DNA of 64,000 nucleotides, taken from a virus. Numbering within the stretch: position 1 is the first letter of the stretch; the number at the start of each line of letters is the position of its first letter. This document shows positions 9,530 to 20,092 of this stretch, one piece after another. The position numbers and the translations under genes are program-made. The DNA lies in IMG/VR virus record IMGVR_UViG_3300025424_000009; one strand, given 5' to 3'. The notes beneath the pieces were generated by a model. The model was given only the letters and a program-made list of their open reading frames with translations, searched no databases and was not told the origin of the DNA.

Positions 9530-10157
9530 AGAACAATTAAAGTTGGTTTATCCTAGCATTAAGGATGATAGGGCACAGATAATGTCGGATTTAATCAACA
9601 AAATATGCCCTAAGTATCATTTAGATACATCACCTAGACTACAAGCTTTTCTAGCCCAAGTACTTCACGAATCAGGTGGTTTTTCAATAAAAACTGAAAG
9701 CTTGATATACTCTCATGCCCAACGTATAGTTGATGTATGGCCTAGTAGATTCAATCTTACAGGTACCGGCGGTAAGTTAAATGCAAATGATTACGTAAAG
9801 AATGAACAGAAGTTAGCTAACGCTGTTTACTCAAATAGAATGGGTAATGGAGATGCTGCTAGTGGAGATGGTTACAAATACAGAGGAGGAGGATTTATTC
9901 AGTTGACATCAAAAGATGGGTATACAGCTTATGCTAAATACCTAGGTAAATCTGTAGAAGATACAGCTAATCTAGTTCATACCACTGATGAATATGCTTT
10001 AGATTCTGCATGTTGGCTATACTCTATAAATAAAAATTTACTAGAAGCTTCTGATAAAGGTGATGTGGCATATATTACTAAAAAGATAAATGGAGGTGAA
10101 ATAGGTTTGAATGAAAGGTTAAAATACTATAATCTTTGTAAAAAATACATCGTATAA
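9516..10157 (+). CDS. Endolysin, glycoside hydrolase family 19 (chitinase-like)
   Basis: AFLAQVLHESGGF, YSNRMGNGD and DGYKYRGGGFIQLT motifs. Confidence 0.9.
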   Translation: MQISKEQLKLVYPSIKDDRAQIMSDLINKICPKYHLDTSPRLQAFLAQVLHESGGFSIKTESLIYSHAQRIVDVWPSRFNLTGTGGKLNANDYVKNEQKLANAVYSNRMGNGDAASGDGYKYRGGGFIQLTSKDGYTAYAKYLGKSVEDTANLVHTTDEYALDSACWLYSINKNLLEASDKGDVAYITKKINGGEIGLNERLKYYNLCKKYIV

Positions 10158-11245
10158 TGGCAGTCTATAAAATATTCCCTACACAAGATGCATCACTCTA
10201 TACTGAGACCAACACTGCTAATACAGGGTTGGATGCTGTACTATATCTATCAAAGAACCCATCGGTACTATACCCCTCTCAGTCTACTTATTCTAGACCT
10301 TTAGTACAGTTCTCTACAGAAGATATGCAAGATGTGTTAAGTAACCATATAGGAAACTCATCTTTTCAAACTTTTTTAAAGATGTATCTATGTGAAGCTA
10401 CAGGAATACCTTATAACTACACACTAGAATTACATCCTGTATACCAATCATGGGATATGGGTACAGGTAAACTGTTTGATGTACCTGTAAATACAACAGG
10501 AGCCTCTTGGGTATCTCCTACTGCAAACAGCTCAAGTTATTGGATAACCTCTAGCTTTGCATCAGGAGTTACAGCATCATTTAGTAGTGATAATCCAGGA
10601 GGAGGAACTTGGTATACATCATCTTACAGCCAATCATTTACCCCTTATACAGAAAAAGATATACAGATAGAAACTACAAGGTTTGTAGAATATTTTTTAT
10701 CAGGCTCAATACCTAACCATGGCTTTATTCTAAAGACATCAGGAAGTTTAGAATCAGACCCTAATTATAACTACACACTTAATTTCTTCTCACGAGATAG
10801 TAATACTGTATACCCACCTTGTCTGGAGTTCAGATGGGATGATTCAGTATATTTACCTACAACAAATATTTGCCAGTCTGGATTAATTAATGTAAATTTG
10901 CAGAATAACAAAGGTACATTTAAAGAGGATTCTATACAGAAGTTTAGAGTGAATGTTCGTCAGCAATATCCTACAAGGCAATTCTTGACCACAAGCATGT
11001 TTACACAGAATAGCTTTTTACCTAGTACTTCATATTGGTCTTTGATTGATTATAAGACGGGAGATGTGGTGATTGATTTTGATACAACTTACACTAAAGT
11101 ATCTGCTGATTTAACCAGTAATTATTTTATTGTATACATGAAAGGCCTAGAACCTTCGAGATATTACAAGATTCTCGTAAAATCTATTATAAACGGTGAG
11201 AGTATTGTATTTGATAATGATTACATATTCAAAGTAGAGAAATGA
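10157..11245 (+). CDS. Virion structural protein (DNRLRE-like N-terminal domain)
   Basis: DASLY...LVQF...SWDMGTG...ASW...NHGFILK pattern; structural context. Confidence 0.5.
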   Translation: MAVYKIFPTQDASLYTETNTANTGLDAVLYLSKNPSVLYPSQSTYSRPLVQFSTEDMQDVLSNHIGNSSFQTFLKMYLCEATGIPYNYTLELHPVYQSWDMGTGKLFDVPVNTTGASWVSPTANSSSYWITSSFASGVTASFSSDNPGGGTWYTSSYSQSFTPYTEKDIQIETTRFVEYFLSGSIPNHGFILKTSGSLESDPNYNYTLNFFSRDSNTVYPPCLEFRWDDSVYLPTTNICQSGLINVNLQNNKGTFKEDSIQKFRVNVRQQYPTRQFLTTSMFTQNSFLPSTSYWSLIDYKTGDVVIDFDTTYTKVSADLTSNYFIVYMKGLEPSRYYKILVKSIINGESIVFDNDYIFKVEK

Positions 11246-11373
11246 TAAAAAAGCCCACTAACGAGCCTAATATAGAACAAGATGATGATTTGAAAGAGTG
11301 GGTCATCTGGTCATTTGGGTTGTCAGTGTTAGCTGTATTAATAAGTGCCTTAACCTGGATATTTAAGAAGTAA
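11242..11373 (+). CDS. 43-aa single-TM protein (missing from the ORF track)
   Basis: MIKKPTNEPNIEQDDDLKEWVIWSFGLSVLAVLISALTWIFKK; ATGA overlap with the upstream gene; fills the gap exactly. Confidence 0.6.
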   Translation: MIKKPTNEPNIEQDDDLKEWVIWSFGLSVLAVLISALTWIFKK

Positions 11374-11376
11374 CCA

Positions 11377-11703
11377 ATGTCTGAACAAGTACCTATATCG
11401 CGTATTATATTTGGAAAGAATAGCTTTCAAAATGTAGTAGACACTACATTCAAACAGCTTGTACCTCCTGATAACAAATCTCTACCAAATACAATAACAG
11501 AGGTGGTAGACTTCTTTCATGCCTATAATACAATATTCTATGACATACCTGCAACAGGATCTATTAATTCACATATTGAACTAGTGAATAAAAGTAGTGA
11601 CTATTTAGGAATATCTTATGAAGACTTGAATAAAGAAATACAAGAACTCCGTAATGAAAATGTTTCATTAAAACAACAATTATATACACTTACTAATCCA
11701 TAG
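11377..11703 (+). CDS. Hypothetical virion-module protein with C-terminal coiled coil
   Basis: ORF in operon; LNKEIQELRNENVSLKQQL. Confidence 0.6.
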   Translation: MSEQVPISRIIFGKNSFQNVVDTTFKQLVPPDNKSLPNTITEVVDFFHAYNTIFYDIPATGSINSHIELVNKSSDYLGISYEDLNKEIQELRNENVSLKQQLYTLTNP

Positions 11704-11709
11704 AGCAAA

Positions 11710-14700
11710 TTGCCAATAATATCCATTAATAAAATAACAGATGCAGCCTTAGATAGATATGATGTATTAGATCAAGTACTTATACCTTCTCAGAGCTTTT
11801 TGCGTAATTTTGACCCATCTACAGATTATGTAGAGTGTCATGTATACACTCAGGATGATATATTATTGGCATCTGACTATAATGTAAAAGAATACACCCT
11901 CCCTCAATCAAATGGTAATAAAACTAACCAAATAGTATTTGATCCTGGGACATATTTAACTAGTAGAGGTTATAATGTAGGCGATTTTAAATTAGATTAT
12001 AGGATATACAGAAAGCAGTTATTTACACTAGCGGAGCCCACTTTTTTTATAACTGAAATAAGTACAAACCGTACAGAGATAAGGCTCTCTACAAATATAG
12101 TATCCAATCTTACTATAGAGACTAATGTACTTAACTTCATAAATCAAGTACAGGCTTCACCCTATTTCAAAGACTTTATACTTAATTTTGGGGATAACAA
12201 GGCTGTTAATGCCATTAATATAGCATTAGATAAAAGCACAAATCCCTATTCACTTCTAATAAAGCTTTATCAACCTTTACCCACTGAGTTTAAATTAAAG
12301 TCTGCATTATGGGTAGTAGAAGAGTTAGCTTCTCCTATTATATTTGAAGTAGTAGTTACTCCAGATTTTAAGGCACCAGAAGTACCTATGTTAGCAAGGG
12401 CTAACTTTGATATTGACATTCATGAGCATGCTGCGCTAGCATCTCCGTATGTAAACCAATCTACAATATTCAGTACACCTACCATAAGTAATTATCAGAA
12501 CATCATTAATCAGTTGAATGATAATTCAATTAGCATAAATGTTGATTACTCTGATTATAACAACTTTGTACATTTTTCATCAGCAGCTCAAAGGTTGATA
12601 AATTTTGTATACAAGTTAACTGAGATAGAAAATAAAGGATTGTATATCAATAACCTTAATTCTATACCAAATATGGATGTATCTGTTAGTGGGAGCTCTC
12701 AAGCTATACAAGCTTCAATTAACAGTGTAATACAAAATTTTGACCCTTATGAATCTTTTTTGTATAATTCACCCTCACCTTACGCTTGGCCTAAAGTAAA
12801 CTCCGTAGTATGCAGTGTAACATCTTCACAAGCTATATCTTGGTTAGGTGATAATACCACATATGGACAACTATACACAGCATCTCTATATGATCTAGAG
12901 AATTTAAATAATCTTGCGTATAGTATCCCACAATATTTAGCAGAAGATGAAAAGAATGCTGATTATCTAACATTTACCAACATGTTAGGACAACACTATG
13001 ACAGCATTTGGATTTATATAAAAGCTATTAATGATATTCATAAAGCAGATAATAACCTAAATACAGGCGTATCCAAGGATATGGTATACAATGTATTGAA
13101 GTCTTATGGTATCAAGCTTTATAACAACAACTCAGGATTAAATCTAGAAGATTATCTTATAGGTAACCCTTCTACTATATATACAATAACAGGCTCTAGT
13201 TCAGTAACAAGTGGTGAAGATAGGACAAAAGAATTATACAAAAGAATATACCATAACTTACCCTACCTATTAAAATCAAAAGGTACTATAAGAGGGTTAC
13301 AAAATCTAATAACGGTATATGGAATCCCAGATACAATCCTATCACCCATACAATATGGTGGTGCCGACAATACATCATCTGTACCAGACTATGTGTACGA
13401 CAGATTTGCATATTCTCTACAAAATAATACAGGAAGTTATGTACAAGCAGTATGGGGACCTCTTACACAAAATTATATAAAATACGGTAAGGAGAATCTT
13501 GTACCAAATGCAATTGAGTTTAGGATTAAACCTCAAAAAGACACTAAACCAAGCAACGTATCTTTAATACAATGCTATAGTAGTGGCAGTTCTACAGTAG
13601 ACTTTGGAGTTACATTAGACTATACATCTTCTGCAAGCATACCTTATGGTCTATTTACATTGAGGATGAGAGGTAACTCAGGAGGAGGTACAGCCTATTA
13701 CTCGTCATCATTATCTGTACCAATGTATGCAACAGGCAGTGATGGAGAAACTGGTTTTTGGAATTTACGGTTAACTACAATAAGAGGAAGTATTGTAAGG
13801 CCTTTACCTTATAATTCATCAGAACAATTTGTATTAACTGTTCAAAACTGTATATCTGGAAGAATAGGGCACACTGCAACGGCAACTATTGATAATGCAA
13901 ATCACAATAGCTCTGTTCTGTTGAATTCATGGGTAAACACAGGCACTATTACAACACCTAGATACCTGACTATAGGAGGACCTGGTTTAAAGAACTCTAT
14001 ATTTAGCTCATCATTCATAGGCTCAATACAAGACTTAAGATTATGGTCAGAACCATTATATGATATACCTTTTAACGTCCACACACTTAATAATGAGTCA
14101 ATACAAGGTAACACAATAGACGGAGGTTATAATGATTTAGCTGCAAGATTTCCACTAGGAAACAACTTATTTACATATAACCATTACTACACACAATCTG
14201 TTACATCTGTTAATCCAGAATACAGATTACCCGATGCATCTGGCAGTTATTATTTACAAACACTTAGCTCATCTTATAGTTATGTACATTATGGAACAAG
14301 TAGCTATGGAAGTGTACCTATAAGTCAATCATACTTATATACATGTTCATACAATACGCTAAATTTCATAGGATACCCTAATCAAAATAATTATACACAT
14401 GAGTATGAGTTAGTTTACACTAACATACCCCAAGCCGGTTATTACAGCCCTGTTACAGAAAAAGTTAGAGTATTTGATAATACCCCAGACAGTAATGTAC
14501 TATCACCTTACTTAAGAATAGAACCTGAAGATACTTACCGTACAAGGGATATACATTTTACAGAGGTTAGTTTTTCTCCTCAAAATGAACTGAATAAGGA
14601 TATAATAGCACAGTATGGAGACCTTGCAGATTTAGATCAATATATAGGAGATCCTACTTATCAAGGGCTTAGTTTTTACCCTGATGTAAAACTGTTGAAT

Positions 14701-17370
14701 GAAGCATATCATCAGAAGTTCTTATCAAAATACGATTACAAAGACTTTGTAGGTCTAGTATCACAGATTGATAATACATTGTTTAAAATGATAGCTGATT
14801 TTACCCCAGCGCGTACAAATTTAAGTACAGGGGTGACTATCAAATCTACCATCCTTGAAAGGAATAAAGTACCTAGATACCAACCCAGCATGTCTGTAGT
14901 ACAATACACAGCCTCATTAGGTGGATATACTATAGATGCAGGTTCATCCTTTTCTCAGTTCAATAAAGAAATAGAATTTATCACAGGAGATATTTCAGGA
15001 TCTTTTGTAGATATACATGACAATTACGAAGCTCGTAACTTAAATAAATATTTACTATACAGTAGTAGTCTAAACCTAAACTCTTTTAAGCACAGTGATT
15101 TTAATGTTACTAACAATGATGTTTATGATAATAGGTTATCTAACATTTACAAAAAAGAAGATGTAAATAACCCACATTTATTAGAACCTATCCAACTTCA
15201 AGATAGTGAGTATAATCACAGTAGATGGTTTATTCCTAGGTACGTAGGCAGTAAAGTAAGTGTTCAAAAACTAAATGTTTATACTAAAGGTGATTTAGGT
15301 TATGGCACCACCCCTAGCATAAATAGATATGCCGGTAAGTTAGGGTATGTATTACAAGGAGGTGCAAATAACCTTAATTTCTATTTTAAGACCACTTTTA
15401 ATATGAAGTATCTAGTTGACCCGTCAGGTTCACTAACTACCCTTACTAGTGCTAATTTAAACTTATTTGAAGTACAGAATACTTTTAAGTCTGGTAGACA
15501 AATTACCATAGACATATCAGACATACATAACCCTTCAAATCAGAAAAAGCTAAGTGGTATAAAAAACATATGGAAGGGTGGATTTTCCTATGACCCTATA
15601 TTATATAGAGAAAACAACCAACAATTAGATTTTACTTTTGATGAGCCTATAAGCTCTTATGTAAGCTACTTTGGAGTTAAGGCTCATGATTCTAATGTGT
15701 ATAACTACTTCTCTTCTAATGATGACTATGAGTGGCCAAGTATGCCACCAACGAATTTACCAGGAACAGGAGACCATCCCTACAGGTGGTATATAAATTG
15801 GCAAAATAGTCAAGCTACCCCCATATCAAATCTTGTTTGGAGTAACAATAATTGGAAGTACGCAGATTCGGGAATAAGTCAAATAGATTTAACAGTCCCA
15901 ATAAGTAATCTTGATAACTTAGTATCAAACCCATTTGTATACTCATTTAATTTATTGAATTTTAATACTATTGATTCTAATACGGAAAACGCAGGAGTAT
16001 ATGATAAAGAGTACAATAATAACTACATATATAAAGTACCCAGAGCTGGTAGTTACTATGTAAGGGGTCAAATACCAATTTATTTTAGTATAAGTGATGA
16101 GATTAATAAGCATCACGCACACTACCATTTTGGGGGTAATAGAACTTTTAAGTTTTTTGGTCTAATAGAAAAATGTGTAAGTGGACAAGATCCTACAAAC
16201 GAGGCTAATTGGGTTCTTGTATCTAATAAAGCATATACTAGAATAGGTACAATATCAGACGATCCTGCTATATTTTATAGGTCAACAAATTTCATAACCC
16301 CTGACAATCAATACAACTCTTTTTCATACGATGATGTAACACAATTCTATACTAAATTTATAGTAGATCCAATCACAGTCGACTTAGAACTGGGTGATTT
16401 AGTTAGGTTTCAATTCTACATGGTAGACTCCACTAGTATTTTTGGAACTAATGGACCTAGTTCTCGTTACTTCAATTTTCATGTAAATTCTAATAGTGAT
16501 TCAGAAGCAACTAATACTATAGCCGAAACTCAAAAAGCATTTTTTCAAATATATGATGTATCAAGCCCGTACCAAATAGACATTTATACAGCAAGCTACA
16601 ACCAATATCCACCTTTATTTACAGTAAATAATAATACACTAAGCTTTGATGCTACAGCTCAATCATTCTTTTACTCATCAAGCTTTACACCCACAAGTCC
16701 TACTAGTGAGGATTATACTCCGGTATTAGATAACTTAAGTATACAACCTTTTGATTTAATAAGAATTGGAGGATTTAAGCAAAAATTAGCACAATATTAC
16801 ACTGTTGTTACAGCTAGTGTAGTACCTGTGGCACCATTTACTATAAATGGAGGATTTTTTGCCCCTATCTATCAAACAGATCCACCTCAAAGCTTTTCAT
16901 ACCCTATAACAGGATATCATAGCCCTGATGCTTATTTTAAAGTAGGTAATACATTATCGTTTACATCCACCGACCCGTATGTAAATAAAGCTGGAAGTAT
17001 AACTGTATACAAAACTGAAAGAATCGGTAACTACTATTATATATACTTCAATAACGATCTACTAAAGACCAGTACTATAGGTAATCCCCCTTATATACTT
17101 ACCGTACCTGAAAGCTACCCAACTACCTTTACACCTAGTGGGCAAACTATAGTTACATTAGATAGACCTATCAGCGTAAGTAATGGACTAGTGGCCGACC
17201 AGAACTTTGCAATACTTAGACCTAAACCAGATGAAACTTCTGTGATTGTAGACTTTAAGAAGAATGATGGAGAAGTTTCAGCTACATTACTTATACCAGA
17301 AAATGCCAATGCAGATTTAATTAATGCTGAAGGCAGTATCTTTACAACCTTAAACCCATCTTTGAAATAA
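11710..17370 (+). CDS. Large baseplate wedge protein (gp7/P2 gpI-like segment plus beta-rich domains)
   Basis: RIYHNLPYLLKSKGTIRGLQNLITVYGIP is typical of wedge proteins; 1886 aa; TTG start. Confidence 0.6.
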   Translation: MPIISINKITDAALDRYDVLDQVLIPSQSFLRNFDPSTDYVECHVYTQDDILLASDYNVKEYTLPQSNGNKTNQIVFDPGTYLTSRGYNVGDFKLDYRIYRKQLFTLAEPTFFITEISTNRTEIRLSTNIVSNLTIETNVLNFINQVQASPYFKDFILNFGDNKAVNAINIALDKSTNPYSLLIKLYQPLPTEFKLKSALWVVEELASPIIFEVVVTPDFKAPEVPMLARANFDIDIHEHAALASPYVNQSTIFSTPTISNYQNIINQLNDNSISINVDYSDYNNFVHFSSAAQRLINFVYKLTEIENKGLYINNLNSIPNMDVSVSGSSQAIQASINSVIQNFDPYESFLYNSPSPYAWPKVNSVVCSVTSSQAISWLGDNTTYGQLYTASLYDLENLNNLAYSIPQYLAEDEKNADYLTFTNMLGQHYDSIWIYIKAINDIHKADNNLNTGVSKDMVYNVLKSYGIKLYNNNSGLNLEDYLIGNPSTIYTITGSSSVTSGEDRTKELYKRIYHNLPYLLKSKGTIRGLQNLITVYGIPDTILSPIQYGGADNTSSVPDYVYDRFAYSLQNNTGSYVQAVWGPLTQNYIKYGKENLVPNAIEFRIKPQKDTKPSNVSLIQCYSSGSSTVDFGVTLDYTSSASIPYGLFTLRMRGNSGGGTAYYSSSLSVPMYATGSDGETGFWNLRLTTIRGSIVRPLPYNSSEQFVLTVQNCISGRIGHTATATIDNANHNSSVLLNSWVNTGTITTPRYLTIGGPGLKNSIFSSSFIGSIQDLRLWSEPLYDIPFNVHTLNNESIQGNTIDGGYNDLAARFPLGNNLFTYNHYYTQSVTSVNPEYRLPDASGSYYLQTLSSSYSYVHYGTSSYGSVPISQSYLYTCSYNTLNFIGYPNQNNYTHEYELVYTNIPQAGYYSPVTEKVRVFDNTPDSNVLSPYLRIEPEDTYRTRDIHFTEVSFSPQNELNKDIIAQYGDLADLDQYIGDPTYQGLSFYPDVKLLNEAYHQKFLSKYDYKDFVGLVSQIDNTLFKMIADFTPARTNLSTGVTIKSTILERNKVPRYQPSMSVVQYTASLGGYTIDAGSSFSQFNKEIEFITGDISGSFVDIHDNYEARNLNKYLLYSSSLNLNSFKHSDFNVTNNDVYDNRLSNIYKKEDVNNPHLLEPIQLQDSEYNHSRWFIPRYVGSKVSVQKLNVYTKGDLGYGTTPSINRYAGKLGYVLQGGANNLNFYFKTTFNMKYLVDPSGSLTTLTSANLNLFEVQNTFKSGRQITIDISDIHNPSNQKKLSGIKNIWKGGFSYDPILYRENNQQLDFTFDEPISSYVSYFGVKAHDSNVYNYFSSNDDYEWPSMPPTNLPGTGDHPYRWYINWQNSQATPISNLVWSNNNWKYADSGISQIDLTVPISNLDNLVSNPFVYSFNLLNFNTIDSNTENAGVYDKEYNNNYIYKVPRAGSYYVRGQIPIYFSISDEINKHHAHYHFGGNRTFKFFGLIEKCVSGQDPTNEANWVLVSNKAYTRIGTISDDPAIFYRSTNFITPDNQYNSFSYDDVTQFYTKFIVDPITVDLELGDLVRFQFYMVDSTSIFGTNGPSSRYFNFHVNSNSDSEATNTIAETQKAFFQIYDVSSPYQIDIYTASYNQYPPLFTVNNNTLSFDATAQSFFYSSSFTPTSPTSEDYTPVLDNLSIQPFDLIRIGGFKQKLAQYYTVVTASVVPVAPFTINGGFFAPIYQTDPPQSFSYPITGYHSPDAYFKVGNTLSFTSTDPYVNKAGSITVYKTERIGNYYYIYFNNDLLKTSTIGNPPYILTVPESYPTTFTPSGQTIVTLDRPISVSNGLVADQNFAILRPKPDETSVIVDFKKNDGEVSATLLIPENANADLINAEGSIFTTLNPSLK

Positions 17371-17371
17371 C

Positions 17372-18349
17372 ATGCAAGAATTATACTACGATACATCAGG
17401 GTCGTTACGTTTAGTCAAAGAAAATAGCACTGTACTGACTTGGGGAAACACTGAAATCACTAGTCTAGTAGTTTCGTCTAGCCTAAATCAAATATTAGCT
17501 CTAACTGGCAGTACGGTAGTGGCTAATTTCCCACTATCTAACACAAATATATATTACCCACCATTTCCTATACTTAATAACTCTTATACACCTCCAAGTA
17601 CTAATATAAATAATTCTACTTCTTCTTACAGTACAATTGGTTATACCTTCAGTACATTAGGTAGCTTTACTCCAGCAGACATATCTGGAAGTTATTTCTC
17701 TATATTTGATGCTGCATCATATACATCTAGTGTAAGTATAACAGGTAGTAATGTAAATGGGCAGGTTAATGTGATATCTGGTAATACCTATGTAGTATCT
17801 GTAAATAACACACCTGTAAGTACACCTTATACAGCATCTTTATTTATACAAGATAATACACTTTCAAAATCCAGCCCTTATTATGTGTACACAGGCTCTG
17901 CTTTAAGCATTCAAATAACTGGCTCGTTTACACCTGTAGCTAATCATGTATACAGTGTTAATTTAAGTATATCAAATGATGTAATACCAGTAGATTACTG
18001 GTTTGATGTAACAAGCAGTTATACAGATTATCAGATTACACAAAGTGTATTCCTCATAACAGATATATCAAGCTCTGTAGCATTAGGAACAACAGGAGCA
18101 TCTGGAAGGCATCATACAGGCTCTGGGATACTATCCAGCAATAACTTATACGAAGTTCAAATTTACAATGCTTCATTATCTTCATTTACTGGTTCTATTT
18201 CTATATACAACACAAGAGTTGGGCAGTATATGTATTCTCAATCTGCATTAACAGGAAGTGAACTGTATGGTTATCCCTCAATAGGATATATAGCACCTCA
18301 ATCTGGTGACCACTACATAATAAGCGCAAGCTTTGGACAAACACCGTAA
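17372..18349 (+). CDS. Ser/Thr-rich virion protein
   Basis: Many xGS motifs and beta-rich composition; structural context. Confidence 0.55.
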   Translation: MQELYYDTSGSLRLVKENSTVLTWGNTEITSLVVSSSLNQILALTGSTVVANFPLSNTNIYYPPFPILNNSYTPPSTNINNSTSSYSTIGYTFSTLGSFTPADISGSYFSIFDAASYTSSVSITGSNVNGQVNVISGNTYVVSVNNTPVSTPYTASLFIQDNTLSKSSPYYVYTGSALSIQITGSFTPVANHVYSVNLSISNDVIPVDYWFDVTSSYTDYQITQSVFLITDISSSVALGTTGASGRHHTGSGILSSNNLYEVQIYNASLSSFTGSISIYNTRVGQYMYSQSALTGSELYGYPSIGYIAPQSGDHYIISASFGQTP

Positions 18350-18387
18350 AAACTTTTATTGATATTTATAACATATAAAACATAAAC

Positions 18388-19041
18388 ATGGCTTATCTTT
18401 CAAATTCAACAGTTACAATTGATGCTATCCTTACAAAAAAGGGAAGACAGTATCTATCTCAAGGAAATTTTGACATATCTCAATTTGCATGTGCAGATGA
18501 TGATGTAGACTATACACTTTATAACACCAGCCACCCTTCAGGTTCTGCTTTTTACGGAGAGGCTATAGAGAATTTACCTATTCTAGAAGCATTCCCTGAT
18601 GATACACAATGTATGAAGTATAAGTTAGTTACCTTACCTCAAGGTACATCTTCGTTACCAGTTATATCTGTAGGTTATGCAAATATTACACTTCAACAAG
18701 GTGCTACTATATCTATTACACCACAGACTTTAAATTACCTAGGATCGTCTACTACATATGAGCCTGATGGGTATATTGTAACTGTAGGAGATGGTAGAAC
18801 ATTATCTACCTTCACAGGATTAGGTATTGATACTTCAACTATAAATAAGTCAAATATTACCACAATCCAAACTACAAATATTAGTCAAAGCCAAATAGGT
18901 ACTTCATTTACCTTAGTAGGTACTACAATCAATACTTTGTTTGGTACTACGAATACTTCGCTATACACCCAATTGTATATAGTAGGAAGAAATAGTGGAG
19001 CTTCTATTAGAATACCTTTAACAATTACTAAAAAACCTTAA
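18388..19041 (+). CDS. Baseplate/tail-associated structural protein
   Basis: IDAILTKKGRQYL...FACADDDVDYTLY; late motif at 18363-18370. Confidence 0.55.
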   Translation: MAYLSNSTVTIDAILTKKGRQYLSQGNFDISQFACADDDVDYTLYNTSHPSGSAFYGEAIENLPILEAFPDDTQCMKYKLVTLPQGTSSLPVISVGYANITLQQGATISITPQTLNYLGSSTTYEPDGYIVTVGDGRTLSTFTGLGIDTSTINKSNITTIQTTNISQSQIGTSFTLVGTTINTLFGTTNTSLYTQLYIVGRNSGASIRIPLTITKKP

Positions 19042-19050
19042 TAATTACAA

Positions 19051-20091
19051 ATGTCATACATACCTTTTCAATCAAGTGATTCTATAATTGTTCAAGAATC
19101 TATAGTATCTCCTCTATGGGCTAATCAAACCTATACATTAACAAGTGGGTCAATGTATACATCTTCAGCACAAGCTACATCTGGACAAGGTACCTCTTAT
19201 CTGAATGTATATAATGTACCTGCATCACAGAGTAATTCTGTACTTCAGTATTCAATAGCTTACGGGCATATAAGTGGAAGTGGTTCTGCACCTTACAATA
19301 GCTTTGTACCAGGTAGTACACCAAGTAGAGATATTTATGGTCAGTACTCAAGTTTGATTTATGGAGAAGCCGGCGGATTAGATCCCTTTACATTCGGAGG
19401 TAGTAACAATACTTCCAGAGATATTTTAGTATTATCTGTATCTAGAATACAGTATAAAGAGGCTTTACAACCTGGGTCATTGAATTTAAGTTTAACTGGA
19501 CCTAGTGGTTCAATAAGTCTTACTGATAACAGTAATGATGTAACTATTCAATCTTATATAGGTAGTAATGAAGTGTTCCAGATAATCAGTGGTTCAAATG
19601 GCACTTCTTGGAACGGGTCTGATGTACAAACTGCAAGTGGATCCTATGGATTATTCTTCCCTAACATCAGTACAATCATACTTAACCCAAGAGCTCTTAG
19701 CTTACCGTCTGGAAGTGGTGGAATAGGATTAGTGATGGACGAAACTAATAGCTTATCTTATAGCAGCTCTTACAGTACAAATACATCTACTTTATATTCA
19801 AGTATTAAAAATGGTAATTCATTCTCATTAAATAGTTTGGAAACCATAACTTCAAGATATTTCAATGTAAAGGTTAACTTCACTGATTTTAATTATACTA
19901 CTAACCCATCTATCATAGATAGTAAAGGTAATATAATTTACACAAGTTTAGTTAATAACCCTGAAACGTTTGTTACCGCAATAGGCTTGTATAATATGCA
20001 AAATGAATTGATGGCTGTAGCTAAATTAAGTACACCACTTAAGAAGAACTTTACACAAACATTAAATTTACGCGTAAAAATACAATCTTAA
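19051..20091 (+). CDS. Structural protein with tail-collar-fibre-like C-terminal domain
   Basis: FVTAIGLYNMQNELMAVAKLSTPLKK C-terminus. Confidence 0.55.
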   Translation: MSYIPFQSSDSIIVQESIVSPLWANQTYTLTSGSMYTSSAQATSGQGTSYLNVYNVPASQSNSVLQYSIAYGHISGSGSAPYNSFVPGSTPSRDIYGQYSSLIYGEAGGLDPFTFGGSNNTSRDILVLSVSRIQYKEALQPGSLNLSLTGPSGSISLTDNSNDVTIQSYIGSNEVFQIISGSNGTSWNGSDVQTASGSYGLFFPNISTIILNPRALSLPSGSGGIGLVMDETNSLSYSSSYSTNTSTLYSSIKNGNSFSLNSLETITSRYFNVKVNFTDFNYTTNPSIIDSKGNIIYTSLVNNPETFVTAIGLYNMQNELMAVAKLSTPLKKNFTQTLNLRVKIQS

Positions 20092-20092
20092 T

